NCBI GenBank assembly: GCA_038227875.1
Contig: JBBRPR010000006.1
Span: forward strand, 96,001 to 160,000
Source of the DNA: Planctomycetota bacterium
Lineage (GTDB): Bacteria; Planctomycetota; SZUA-567; H5-PLA8
Reading direction: 5' to 3'
Length of the DNA: 64,000 nt
Part shown: piece after piece, positions 1 to 9,200 of the stretch
How the letters are laid out: each line of letters begins with the position of its first letter
How positions within the stretch are numbered: position 1 is the first letter of the stretch
Notes under the pieces: generated by a model
Database searches by the model: none
What the model was told of the DNA's origin: nothing
Seen by the model: only the letters and a program-made list of their open reading frames with translations
Position numbers and translations under genes: made by a program

Positions 1-946
1 AAGCGTTCAGCGCGCGGTCGATTTTCGCGGCCGCCGCGTCGGACAACTGTACACCAGACGCGGTGACGTTGTCATTCAATTGTTCCGGACGGCTGCAGCC
101 GACAATCGCCGCTGCGACGTTCTTATTTCTCAGCACCCAGGCCAGCGCCAGTTGGACCATCGTCAATCCGCATTCGGCCGCGATGGGCTGCAACTCCTGC
201 ACCGCCGCCAGCAGCTTCGGGTTGGTCAGGTCGATGCCCTGGTTGGTCAGGTACGCGTTGACGTCCTTGTTGGCCGCGCGCGAATCAGCCGGCGGCGGCG
301 TGCCTGGCTTGTACTTTCCCGTCAGCACGCCCTGTGCAAGCGGCGACCAGACGATCTGGCTGATCCCATGTTCCACGCAAAACGGAATCACTTCCGCTTC
401 AGGCTTGCGCCAGAGCATCGAATACTGCGGCTGACTGGAGACAAACTTGGCCGTGCCGGGAACTTTCAGCGCCTTGCTTGCCTGCGTCGCCGTCCATTCG
501 CTGAATCCGACGTAGCGCGCCTTCCCGGATTTCACCGCGTCGGTCAGCGCCGTCATCGTCTCTTCGATCGGCGTCTCGTTGTCATAACGGTGGCATTGAT
601 AGAGATCGACGTAGTCGGTCTTCAATCTCTTCAACGATGCGTCGAGCTGCTTCTTGATCTGCACCGCCGAGCACCCGCGGTCGGTTTCCGTCATCGCAAA
701 ATAGAGCTTGGTGGCCAGCACGTACGACGAACGCTTGTACGGCGAAAGCACTTCGCCGAGCATCGATTCCGCCGCGCCTTTGCCGTAGATATTCGCCGTG
801 TCGAAAAAGTTGATGCCGAGATCGAACGCCCGCTTAAAAATCGCGTCCGACTTCGCCCGCTCCACTTCAACGCCAAACGTGAGCCACGATCCCAATGCGA
901 TTTCCGAGACATTCAGATCACTGTTGCCTAGACGGCGGTAGTGCAT
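1..946 (-). CDS. Aldo/keto reductase (Kv-beta/Tas-like), 3' end runs off window
   Basis: Not in ORF track; manual translation from ATG 946 (AGGAG upstream): MHYRRLGNSDLNVSEIALGSW...GINFFDTANIYG...LATK...SLKRLKTDYVDLYQCH...WSPLAQGVLTGKY. Confidence 0.93.
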   Translation of the reverse strand, partial: MHYRRLGNSDLNVSEIALGSWLTFGVEVERAKSDAIFKRAFDLGINFFDTANIYGKGAAESMLGEVLSPYKRSSYVLATKLYFAMTETDRGCSAVQIKKQLDASLKRLKTDYVDLYQCHRYDNETPIEETMTALTDAVKSGKARYVGFSEWTATQASKALKVPGTAKFVSSQPQYSMLWRKPEAEVIPFCVEHGISQIVWSPLAQGVLTGKYKPGTPPPADSRAANKDVNAYLTNQGIDLTNPKLLAAVQELQPIAAECGLTMVQLALAWVLRNKNVAAAIVGCSRPEQLNDNVTASGVQLSDAAAAKIDRALNA

Positions 947-967
947 TTACATCCTCTCCTAAAAAAC

Positions 968-1043
968 GGGAGTCGGGATTCGGCATTCGATAACGCGGAT
1001 GCGCGACGAATCCCGAATCCCGATTCCCGATTCCCGATTCTCG
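968..1043. repeat. Inverted arrays of heptamer tandem repeats (GGGATTC / GAATCCC)
   Basis: Related arrays at 47109-47180 and 61333-61418; other heptamers at 25597-25652, 35410-35441, 49320-49410. Confidence 0.8.
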
Positions 1044-1044
1044 T

Positions 1045-1881
1045 TCATCCCCCCAACAACGCCTTCTGCCGCGGCGTCGCTTGCGCCACGACTTCCGGGT
1101 TGTACAGCGACGGGTACTTCATCGGCGGATAACCGGTCGCGAGCGTGCCGTAACCGTAAAAGATCTGCATCAGGTAGCGCCGGCGGTTGCTGCTGTTCAT
1201 CCCCGCGCCATGCCAGATTTCCGTGCGGAAGATCATCACGTCGCCGGCCTTGACCATCACGTACTGCGGCGCGATGCCATTCCACGTGGTCTCGTCGTTC
1301 GGCGGGCGGCCGGCGATGTGGCTCTTGGGGATCACCGTGGTGGGGCCGAGTTCCTCGACCATGTCGTCGAGATAATAATGCGCCGTCGACGAGAAAATCG
1401 GAATGCGGACGCGCGGGTCTTCAAGCATTTCCTGCGGCAGGCTCAGCGGAAGGTAATCGAGATGGATGCCCATCTCGCGGCCCTTGCCGGTGATCCACAG
1501 CGTGCCGCCGGTGGCTTTGCAGCCGGGACCGTGGATCGCGAGTTCCACATCGGCCACGCCAGGCCGGTCGACGTACTTCAGCCAGAACGGATCTTTTTCG
1601 AAAGGGATGGAGAGGTGTTTGTTGAAGCACCAATTCTTCATGTCGTACTGCGCGTCGTCGCCGCCGCTGCTGTCCATTTTCTGGCGGAGTTCGGCGACTT
1701 CAGCTTTGCTCAACACGCCCGGAACGATGCAGTAGCCCAGTGAATACATCTGCTCGATGGCCGTTTCGAGGTCAAAGTTTTCAGGATACGGAAGTGGTTC
1801 GACTTTGCCTTTGTAGACTGTTTTACCGTAGCCTTTTTCAACATGATGACCGTTGGGAGTACGCAGGGTTTGCTGAGTCAT
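1045..1881 (-). CDS. Phytanoyl-CoA dioxygenase (PhyH)-family Fe(II)/2OG dioxygenase
   Basis: GYCIVPGVLS, HLD (HxD), GPTTVIPKSH, AGDVMIF..IWHGA, distal R; start taken at MTQQ (ATG 1881). Confidence 0.85.
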   Translation of the reverse strand: MTQQTLRTPNGHHVEKGYGKTVYKGKVEPLPYPENFDLETAIEQMYSLGYCIVPGVLSKAEVAELRQKMDSSGGDDAQYDMKNWCFNKHLSIPFEKDPFWLKYVDRPGVADVELAIHGPGCKATGGTLWITGKGREMGIHLDYLPLSLPQEMLEDPRVRIPIFSSTAHYYLDDMVEELGPTTVIPKSHIAGRPPNDETTWNGIAPQYVMVKAGDVMIFRTEIWHGAGMNSSNRRRYLMQIFYGYGTLATGYPPMKYPSLYNPEVVAQATPRQKALLGG

Positions 1882-2041
1882 GAGAGGGTCTCCGCGGTGC
1901 GTGCTCATTTGCTTTATGGCTGCGGTTATGGGAACATTATCCCCCGTCCATAAGATGTGCGGAATAGCGCTTATGGCCAAACTCATGCGTTTTTTGCGTT
2001 GAGTACCGCGCCCCATTAAGTAACTCGGTACTGAGGAAAGC

Positions 2042-2905
2042 ATGGCTAACGGCTTCACCATCCCCGAGCGCGTGATCAAGGACGCGTGCACGCGCGTGCT
2101 GCGCGTCGACACCGTCTGGCGCTACATTATCGCCGGCGGAAAAAACCACGGCACCAAGCCCGACAAGCACGTCAACACCACCATGCCGTCGCTGGGCATC
2201 AACGTGGTGTTGCGAGGACGCGGCAAGTACATCGACGCCGCCGGCCGCGAGTACGATCTTTATCCCGGCATTCTCTTTCATCGCTTCCCGAACAAAATTC
2301 ACACCACGTGGTTCGATCCCGCCAGCGAGTACACGGAATTCTTCGTCTGCATCGACTCCAACACCGCCGCGCAGCTCGGGCAACTCGGGCTGGTCTCCAC
2401 CACCGCGCCGCTGGTCGATCTGGGCGTGAGCGAAGTGATCACCGACGAATACCTGCGCCTGCTCGACCGCATGAAACTGACCGAAAGCGAGCTGCCCACG
2501 TCAGTGATGCTGATGGACCTGCTGAATTTCGTCAACGGACTCTACGAACGCGCGCGCCGCAACCGGGCGCTGGGCTACTGGGACAAGATCATCGCTGACG
2601 CGCGCTTGCTGCTGGAACGCGACCTGGGTTCGCGCGTGAGCATGGAAGCCGTGGCCGACAAGCTCGGCGTGTCGTACACGGCCTTCCGCAAGAAGTTCCG
2701 CGAAACCGTCGGCATCTCACCGGGCGACTACCGCATTCACTGCCGCTTGGAATCCGCGCAGACCCTGCTGATGAACCGCTCGATCAAGCAAGTCGCAACG
2801 ACGCTGGGCTATTGCGATCAGTTCACGTTTTCGAATCAGTTCAAGAGCTACGTCGGCGTTTCGCCGAGGGCGTATCAGCAGCGGCTGAAAGTGACGGGAC
2901 GGTAA
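2042..2905 (+). CDS. AraC-family transcriptional regulator, divergent from PhyH gene
   Basis: C-terminal double HTH: VADKLGVSYTAFRKKF...GISP; IKQVATTLGYCDQFTFSNQFK..VGVSP. Confidence 0.92.
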   Translation: MANGFTIPERVIKDACTRVLRVDTVWRYIIAGGKNHGTKPDKHVNTTMPSLGINVVLRGRGKYIDAAGREYDLYPGILFHRFPNKIHTTWFDPASEYTEFFVCIDSNTAAQLGQLGLVSTTAPLVDLGVSEVITDEYLRLLDRMKLTESELPTSVMLMDLLNFVNGLYERARRNRALGYWDKIIADARLLLERDLGSRVSMEAVADKLGVSYTAFRKKFRETVGISPGDYRIHCRLESAQTLLMNRSIKQVATTLGYCDQFTFSNQFKSYVGVSPRAYQQRLKVTGR

Positions 2906-2947
2906 GATATTATTATATCATAGGAGCAATTGCTCCTATGCTGATCT

Positions 2948-3310
2948 TTATCCGCGTACAATCGTCACTCCGCCCATGAATTGCATTTCATGCAGAGTCA
3001 GCATCATTATCGCCAAGGCATGAACTTCTAGAATACCAGATGGCCCCGTACCGATTACCGGCATCGCCACCGACCAGAAACTTTCGCGCTCGACAACCGC
3101 AATAATGCTTCGAATGGATTCTTCGATACGCGCGGCGCTACACGTCCCATCTGTATTGAGATCCGCGACGCCAATCTTTCCGCCAAGATTGCCCGCCGCT
3201 TTGGATAAAAGCAGCGTCTGACCTGACTGCACAGATCCGTCGTTAATCCTGATCACGAACGCATCAGCAGACTGGTCCTGAATCGTTCCCGCGACGACTT
3301 CAACCCCCAT
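2948..3310 (-). CDS. Short macro-domain-like protein
   Basis: VEVVAGTIQDQSADAFV and SVAMPVIGTG resemble macro-domain ends; central NAAN/GGGV motif absent. Confidence 0.5.
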   Translation of the reverse strand: MGVEVVAGTIQDQSADAFVIRINDGSVQSGQTLLLSKAAGNLGGKIGVADLNTDGTCSAARIEESIRSIIAVVERESFWSVAMPVIGTGPSGILEVHALAIMMLTLHEMQFMGGVTIVRG

Positions 3311-3383
3311 CGCGGTCGCCTCCAGCCGGATCAGTGTCGCTCTCGCACCCCCAAGAGCCAAGAACTAACAGCCACGAGCCACG

Positions 3384-4103
3384 TCACGCCACCGTTCCCA
3401 GCTTGATCTTCAAATCCTTCCGCTCGACGATCTTCGCCACCGTGCCTTCGGAGATCCAGATCACGCGGTCGGACGCGGCCAGCATCTTGTGATCGTGCGT
3501 CGCGGTGATCACCGTCACGCCGTTTTCGCGCGAAAGCTTCGAGAGGATCGCGATGATGTCTTCGCCGGTCTTCAAATCCAGGTTGCCCGTCGGTTCGTCG
3601 GCCAGAATGATGCTCGGATCGTTGGCCAGAGCGCGGGCGATGGCCACGCGCTGCTGCTGTCCGCCGGAGAGTTCTCCGGGTTTGTGCGATGAACGTTCGC
3701 CCAATCCCACGGACGCTAGCAGTTTCTGCGCTTTGATTTCGGCCTGATCCTTGGGCACGCCGCTGAACATGATCGGCATCGAGACATTCTGCAATGCGGT
3801 GAGCGCCGGCATCAGGTTGAAGCTCTGGAAGACGTACCCGATCCACGCACAGCGCACGAACGCGCGCTTGCGGGAGGAGAGTTCGGGAATGTTGATGTTA
3901 TCGATTTCGACGCGTCCTTCCGACGGCGTGTCGAGCCCGCCGATCATGTTGAAGAGCGTCGACTTTCCCGAACCGGACGGCCCCATGATCGAAACGTACT
4001 CGCCGCGAAAGATCTCCAGGTCCACGCCCTTCAGCGCGTACACGGTTTCGCCGCGCATCTTGTAGGACTTCTTCAATCCGACGCAGCGAATCAATGTTTC
4101 CAT
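3384..4103 (-). CDS. LolD/MacB-type ABC ATP-binding protein
   Basis: [39 protein letters not shown]. Confidence 0.95.
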   Translation of the reverse strand: METLIRCVGLKKSYKMRGETVYALKGVDLEIFRGEYVSIMGPSGSGKSTLFNMIGGLDTPSEGRVEIDNINIPELSSRKRAFVRCAWIGYVFQSFNLMPALTALQNVSMPIMFSGVPKDQAEIKAQKLLASVGLGERSSHKPGELSGGQQQRVAIARALANDPSIILADEPTGNLDLKTGEDIIAILSKLSRENGVTVITATHDHKMLAASDRVIWISEGTVAKIVERKDLKIKLGTVA

Positions 4104-4169
4104 AACAACTACTCCGACCCGACTGTTGACTTTTAACCACGCCGCCAATTGGCGGCATGGTACCTCCGT

Positions 4170-6245
4170 TCAAAACGCGGTCTGCAACACCGCCTTGCTC
4201 AAGAACACCAATCCGACGGAGAAAATCGAAACTAACCCAGCCCCGCAAAAATATCCCGCGCACAGCACCGGCGCGATCTGGAACCATTTCGCGCCGAATC
4301 GCTTCTGGAAATAATACCGCCCCAGCAGCGCGCCGAAAATCTGCGGGATGATGTTGTGCGGCAGCGACTGATTCAAGCCCTGCACCACGCCGTACATCAG
4401 GAAAATCGGCGCGCCGAAATAGTTCAGCACCGAGTACACACCCACGGAAGCGACCGCGCCGATGGCGATCAGCGGCGGCTTCAGCGCTTCGTCGAACTGC
4501 GAGAACTCGCCCATCGTCGACGAGTAGACCACGCACTGATTTTTCGCCTGCAGTTCCCACATCTTCGACGCAAACGGATATGCCGCCGACGGGACGGGCG
4601 CCAGCGACCAGATCAGATTTGCGAAGAGGATCGAACTGACAATTACGATTGGGAACGTGATCACGTCGGCCTTCCAGATCGATTTGAACTTCGAACCGAC
4701 CAGTTCCGACTGCCGGTAGAAGACCGTCTGCAATCCGTAATTGCCCAATGGCAGTGGTACGAACCAGATGTTCAATCCGCGATAGCCGCTGAGAATGAAT
4801 CCAGCCTCGCGGATGTACGGAATATCGACGGCCTGGCCGACCATGCCTTCCAAACGCGCGGTGACGTAGCTGATCAGCGGCGTGTAGAGAAATCCGTAGA
4901 ACAACAGCACCACCATCACGCCCGTGTGCCACTTGATCAGCCAGCCGGAGACGCCGATGTAGATCAACGTCGTCACAATGTAGACGGCGATTACGATCCA
5001 GGCGGGGATGTGGCCGCGTTCGTTATAATAATCCTGATCCTTCTGCGGATCGCGCGCGCTCGCCGACTTGACTTGCGCTTTTCGGAAACTGCGCCAGATC
5101 GCGTAAAATCCGATCAACGCCAGGCCGATGGCGATGCCCGCTCCGAAAGAAAGGTAAAAGTCGATATTATTTTTAAACGAGGTGGCGATGGTATCGTCGC
5201 CGGCCTGCCACGAATGCAGCGTGCCGTTGTGCTGGAGAATTGGATTGAGAACAAACGTCATCACCATCCCAACGGCGGCGCCGACGACCGCAAAAAATGG
5301 CACCACCATGCCCACGATCACGTTGGCCAGATCGAATGATAATCCGGTCGCCACGGCGGGAAGGAACGTCTGCGTCTTGGTCGTCCAATCGACAAACGGA
5401 ATGGGAAATACCGCCAGGCTATCGTTCAGAAACGCCTGGCTGACGGCCGGGAGCGCAATGTAGATCAGCGCAAAGGCCATCCCCAGCGCGCCGCCGATGC
5501 TGAACGTCCGCCAGCGCCAGCGCGACGTGGTTTCCGTCGCCTCGTCGGCATCCTCCGCCAGCGCCACCACGCCCTGAGCGCCGATCGGCGCCATGGGAAA
5601 CGGCAGCTGTTCGATGTCGCTGGCGACGCGGAAAAGTCCGTAGCAGAGAATCGTGTTGTTCAAACGGCCGATCACGTTCTGAAAGATGATCATGCCGATC
5701 ACCGGCATCCATTCCCACATGAAAAACGAACGATGGCGCAGCACCGCCGGATCGTGCGGCGCGACCCAGGACGGAATCAAATCCGTGTACCCCAGGTTAT
5801 TCACCGCTTCGCTCTGCACGAAAAACTGATTCCAGATCAAGCCACCAAACGGCGTCGCGAGCAATCCGCCGGCGATGTAGAAGAAGACGAAAATCTCCGC
5901 CTTGCCCAGCGCCTTGTGCGCGCGCTTGGCAATTTCGATGAAGAGAATCACCGTCACCCACTGCGCCGCCGGGCCGATGCCGCTGCCGGCCAGCAGATTC
6001 ATGTACATCGCGCCCGGCACCATCAGCAGCGCCACGAACGCCGACCCGGCCAGCGAAATCCACGAGAACCCATCGACGAACGTCGACGGCGGCGTCATCA
6101 ACGAGCGGTAGCGTTCCAGTTCCGGATCGAGATTCGACGATGCCTTCGGCGCTTCGACGACCACCGCCGCGACGGTATCGTTCGGCGAGGCCGGTGGCGC
6201 GTCCGGCTTCTCGAAGTCGGGTCCTGGGGGAGGAGTGTCAGACAC
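4170..6245 (-). CDS. OPT/YSL-like polytopic membrane transporter
   Basis: 691 aa, many TM helices, DIEQLPFPMA motif resembling the OPT 'L.FP' motif. Confidence 0.65.
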   Translation of the reverse strand: MSDTPPPGPDFEKPDAPPASPNDTVAAVVVEAPKASSNLDPELERYRSLMTPPSTFVDGFSWISLAGSAFVALLMVPGAMYMNLLAGSGIGPAAQWVTVILFIEIAKRAHKALGKAEIFVFFYIAGGLLATPFGGLIWNQFFVQSEAVNNLGYTDLIPSWVAPHDPAVLRHRSFFMWEWMPVIGMIIFQNVIGRLNNTILCYGLFRVASDIEQLPFPMAPIGAQGVVALAEDADEATETTSRWRWRTFSIGGALGMAFALIYIALPAVSQAFLNDSLAVFPIPFVDWTTKTQTFLPAVATGLSFDLANVIVGMVVPFFAVVGAAVGMVMTFVLNPILQHNGTLHSWQAGDDTIATSFKNNIDFYLSFGAGIAIGLALIGFYAIWRSFRKAQVKSASARDPQKDQDYYNERGHIPAWIVIAVYIVTTLIYIGVSGWLIKWHTGVMVVLLFYGFLYTPLISYVTARLEGMVGQAVDIPYIREAGFILSGYRGLNIWFVPLPLGNYGLQTVFYRQSELVGSKFKSIWKADVITFPIVIVSSILFANLIWSLAPVPSAAYPFASKMWELQAKNQCVVYSSTMGEFSQFDEALKPPLIAIGAVASVGVYSVLNYFGAPIFLMYGVVQGLNQSLPHNIIPQIFGALLGRYYFQKRFGAKWFQIAPVLCAGYFCGAGLVSIFSVGLVFLSKAVLQTAF

Positions 6246-9200
6246 GTTGCGCGTCTCCTGCCGTCACCGGCGCTTTTCGCGTGCTGATTTGCGATTTGAT
6301 GGCCTCGTCGGTCTTCGCGCGGTAATTTTCCATCGCGTCATGATTCAGCGCGCGCCAGATCAGGAACTGCTTACGCAGATCGTTGATGAAAATGCGATTG
6401 AAGCGCTCCCAGTTCGCCGGACGGCCGGACAGGCGGTGGAATTCGATATTCACTTCCTGAATGCCCGGAATCGACGAGGGCACCGTGGAGAGCTTGAACG
6501 TCTGGCTCACGCCCAGGTCGAACGGCGCCAGCCACACTTTCGCGTGCAGGCCCAGCGTGCGCGAATCGCCAATCTTCAGGATCTCCGCATCCTGCGCCGA
6601 GAAGTGGCCGAGCGAAATGTCGTTGTGGCTGTCGAGATGTTCCTTCAGGAAGCTCACGATGCCCTTCATGTCGTAGCTCGACACCGTGAACGGGAAGACG
6701 ATGCTGTGAATATCCCCCTGCGGCTTGGGCAATTTCCACGAGCGGTTGACGCCGGGGTTCGCTGAACGCGAGGCCTTGATCGCTGGATAGATCGTCGAGA
6801 GCAGCACGGTGGCCATCACAATCAGAATCGTGATGATTGCCGTCGATGAGGAGTAATTCACGTTCGGCACCCGCACGATGCCATAGTGCGTGCTCAAGAA
6901 TGTCAGCACCGTCACCAAGGATTGCCCGAGCAGGTAACCTCCCAGCCCGCCCAGCACCGCGTAGATGAAGACTTCAGCGAAGAACAACGTTGCGACATGC
7001 GGCGGCGCCAGGCCCAGCGCGCTGAACGTAAAGATTTCCTTCTCACGTTCGACCACCGAACCCAGCATCGTGCTGAAGACAATGAGCCCGCCCAGCAGCA
7101 GCGGCACAATCAAATCGCCGATGCCCGTGAAACTCACGCGGTCGGTGAACTGGAAGCGGTGGACGCCGTCCGGCAATCCCGCGTAGACGTAATTGTCACT
7201 CAGCCGCGCGACTTTGCGTGCGATCGCTTCGGCGGCTTCGGGCTTTTTGGGCATGACGATGATCGCGCGCGGCCACGCTTTCATTTTTTCCATGTTCTTG
7301 TCGGAGACAAACGCGACCTGCGCAGGACTGATCGACGTCAGCGAACCCGGATCGATGTTCTGCAGGATGGCGCGCAGCACGTCTTCGCTCATGTTCTGAT
7401 CGTTGCTCTGCGACATCTCCATCGCCGCCTGAAAATCCAGCGGCAGGTATGGTGATCCGTCGAGTTGCCGGATTTTCTCGACCTTCAGATTGTCGAACGT
7501 GCCCGCAACTGTGTAGGGATAGCCCCAGAGCGTCACTGAATCGCCACGCTTGAGTTTCAGTTTCTCCAGCATGTCTTCGCTCAGGAAAATGCCATCGCCT
7601 TCGAGCATCTTCTTGGTATCGCCTTCCAGCGCGTCGAAGATCTCCGGCGTCACACGGTGATCGAACTCCGAGACGGCCATGACGCCATTAAGCATCATCG
7701 GCGAACGGCTGGTGCGCGTCATCACCGGCGCCTGCATGGGCTGAAACGGCCCGCCGGACATCGAGACGCGCGCGTAAACGTCGGCCTCTTCGGATAGCAA
7801 CGACTTCAGCGCGCTGACCTGATCTCGGTCGATCGGCGACCACGTGACGTTGTGGATCAGCATGTAGTTCTTGTTGTTCTGCTGACCCAGGTACGAATGG
7901 ATTACGTCCGACGTCGAACTGAAACTGGCGAAGCAGAGAATCGTGAACGTCAGCAGCACTACCGTGACGGCCGTCAGCGTCGTGCGCAGCGGCCGGCGGC
8001 GCATCGTCGAGATGCCCATCTGCACCGCCGCCAGCATCGTGCTCATGCGGCTGACTTCCGACGTGTGCACCGATCCCGCGAGTCCCTGCATCGTGCGGAT
8101 TTCGCTCTGGAACTTCTGCATCACGATCATGATCACAAAACCGCTCATCACGATGATCGTAAACGCCAGGAAAATGATCATCGGCGTCGCCGCGAGCTGG
8201 AAGGCGGGATGCACGGCGTAGAGCGCCAGGAACGTGATCAGAAAGAAGCCCGCAAAGCCGGCGATCTGGCGGTAGATGTTCGGCGAGCCGATCAGCAGGC
8301 GTTCCAGGCTGAAGGCGAAGGGGATCGTCAGAATCAGCAGGAAGATCACGGCGTGGATCACGTCGTCCATCGTCGCGATGATGGGATTGTAGATGCGATT
8401 GCCCGCAATCGCCGACGCTTCGGCGTGCGCGTATGCGCTGCCCCATTTGCCTGCGGCAGCCGCGTCCTTGGATTCGGCCAGTTGGTCTTCGCCAAAGCCG
8501 TGCATGCGTTCGATGGAATTGTCGTACAGCCCCGCGCGCCGCAGCCGCTTCAGGCGGCTTTCGTTCAGATTCCACAAATCGCCGGACGCCGTGAGCGCCG
8601 TCGATAGCAGCAGCGGCCGCACCAGACTACCGTACGCGGGATCGGCGTCGGGATCCTCCGGCGTCCACGAAACGCCCGTGCCCATCGGGTTGTCCGGCGA
8701 GCCTTTGATCAGCGGCAGCAGCGTCTTGCCGAACAGTTTGACGCTCTTGCCAAACGGCACGTAAAACGCCATCGTCGTGTCCACGGCGCGGATGTAATAA
8801 TGGGGGAAATCCGCATCGGTCTCCGCGTTCAGCAGCTTCCAGTCGCTCTCCTTGATGACGTTGCCCGTCAGCGTATCGCGGCAGAGCGTCAGCGCGGCGC
8901 CCTGGGCATGGAAGAGCTTCAGTTTGACCGGCGCATTGGCGAAATTGGCGAAGCAGACGCGGTTACCGCCCTCGTTGTGATTGACGATGTATGTGACGCG
9001 CCCCCGCGCATCGAATTTCGCCGCGTCGAAGGCCCATTCGTTGGGCACCACCGACGGCATGTCGAAGAAACCCAGTGAATCGGTGAACATGTACAGCGTC
9101 CGGTCGAAGCCGGGGATGTAATTGTATTCCGAAAAGTTCATCGCGCTCTTGCGCGCCGGCAGCGCCGCGACAATCACGCCCGCCGCCGGTTCGTCGGTGA

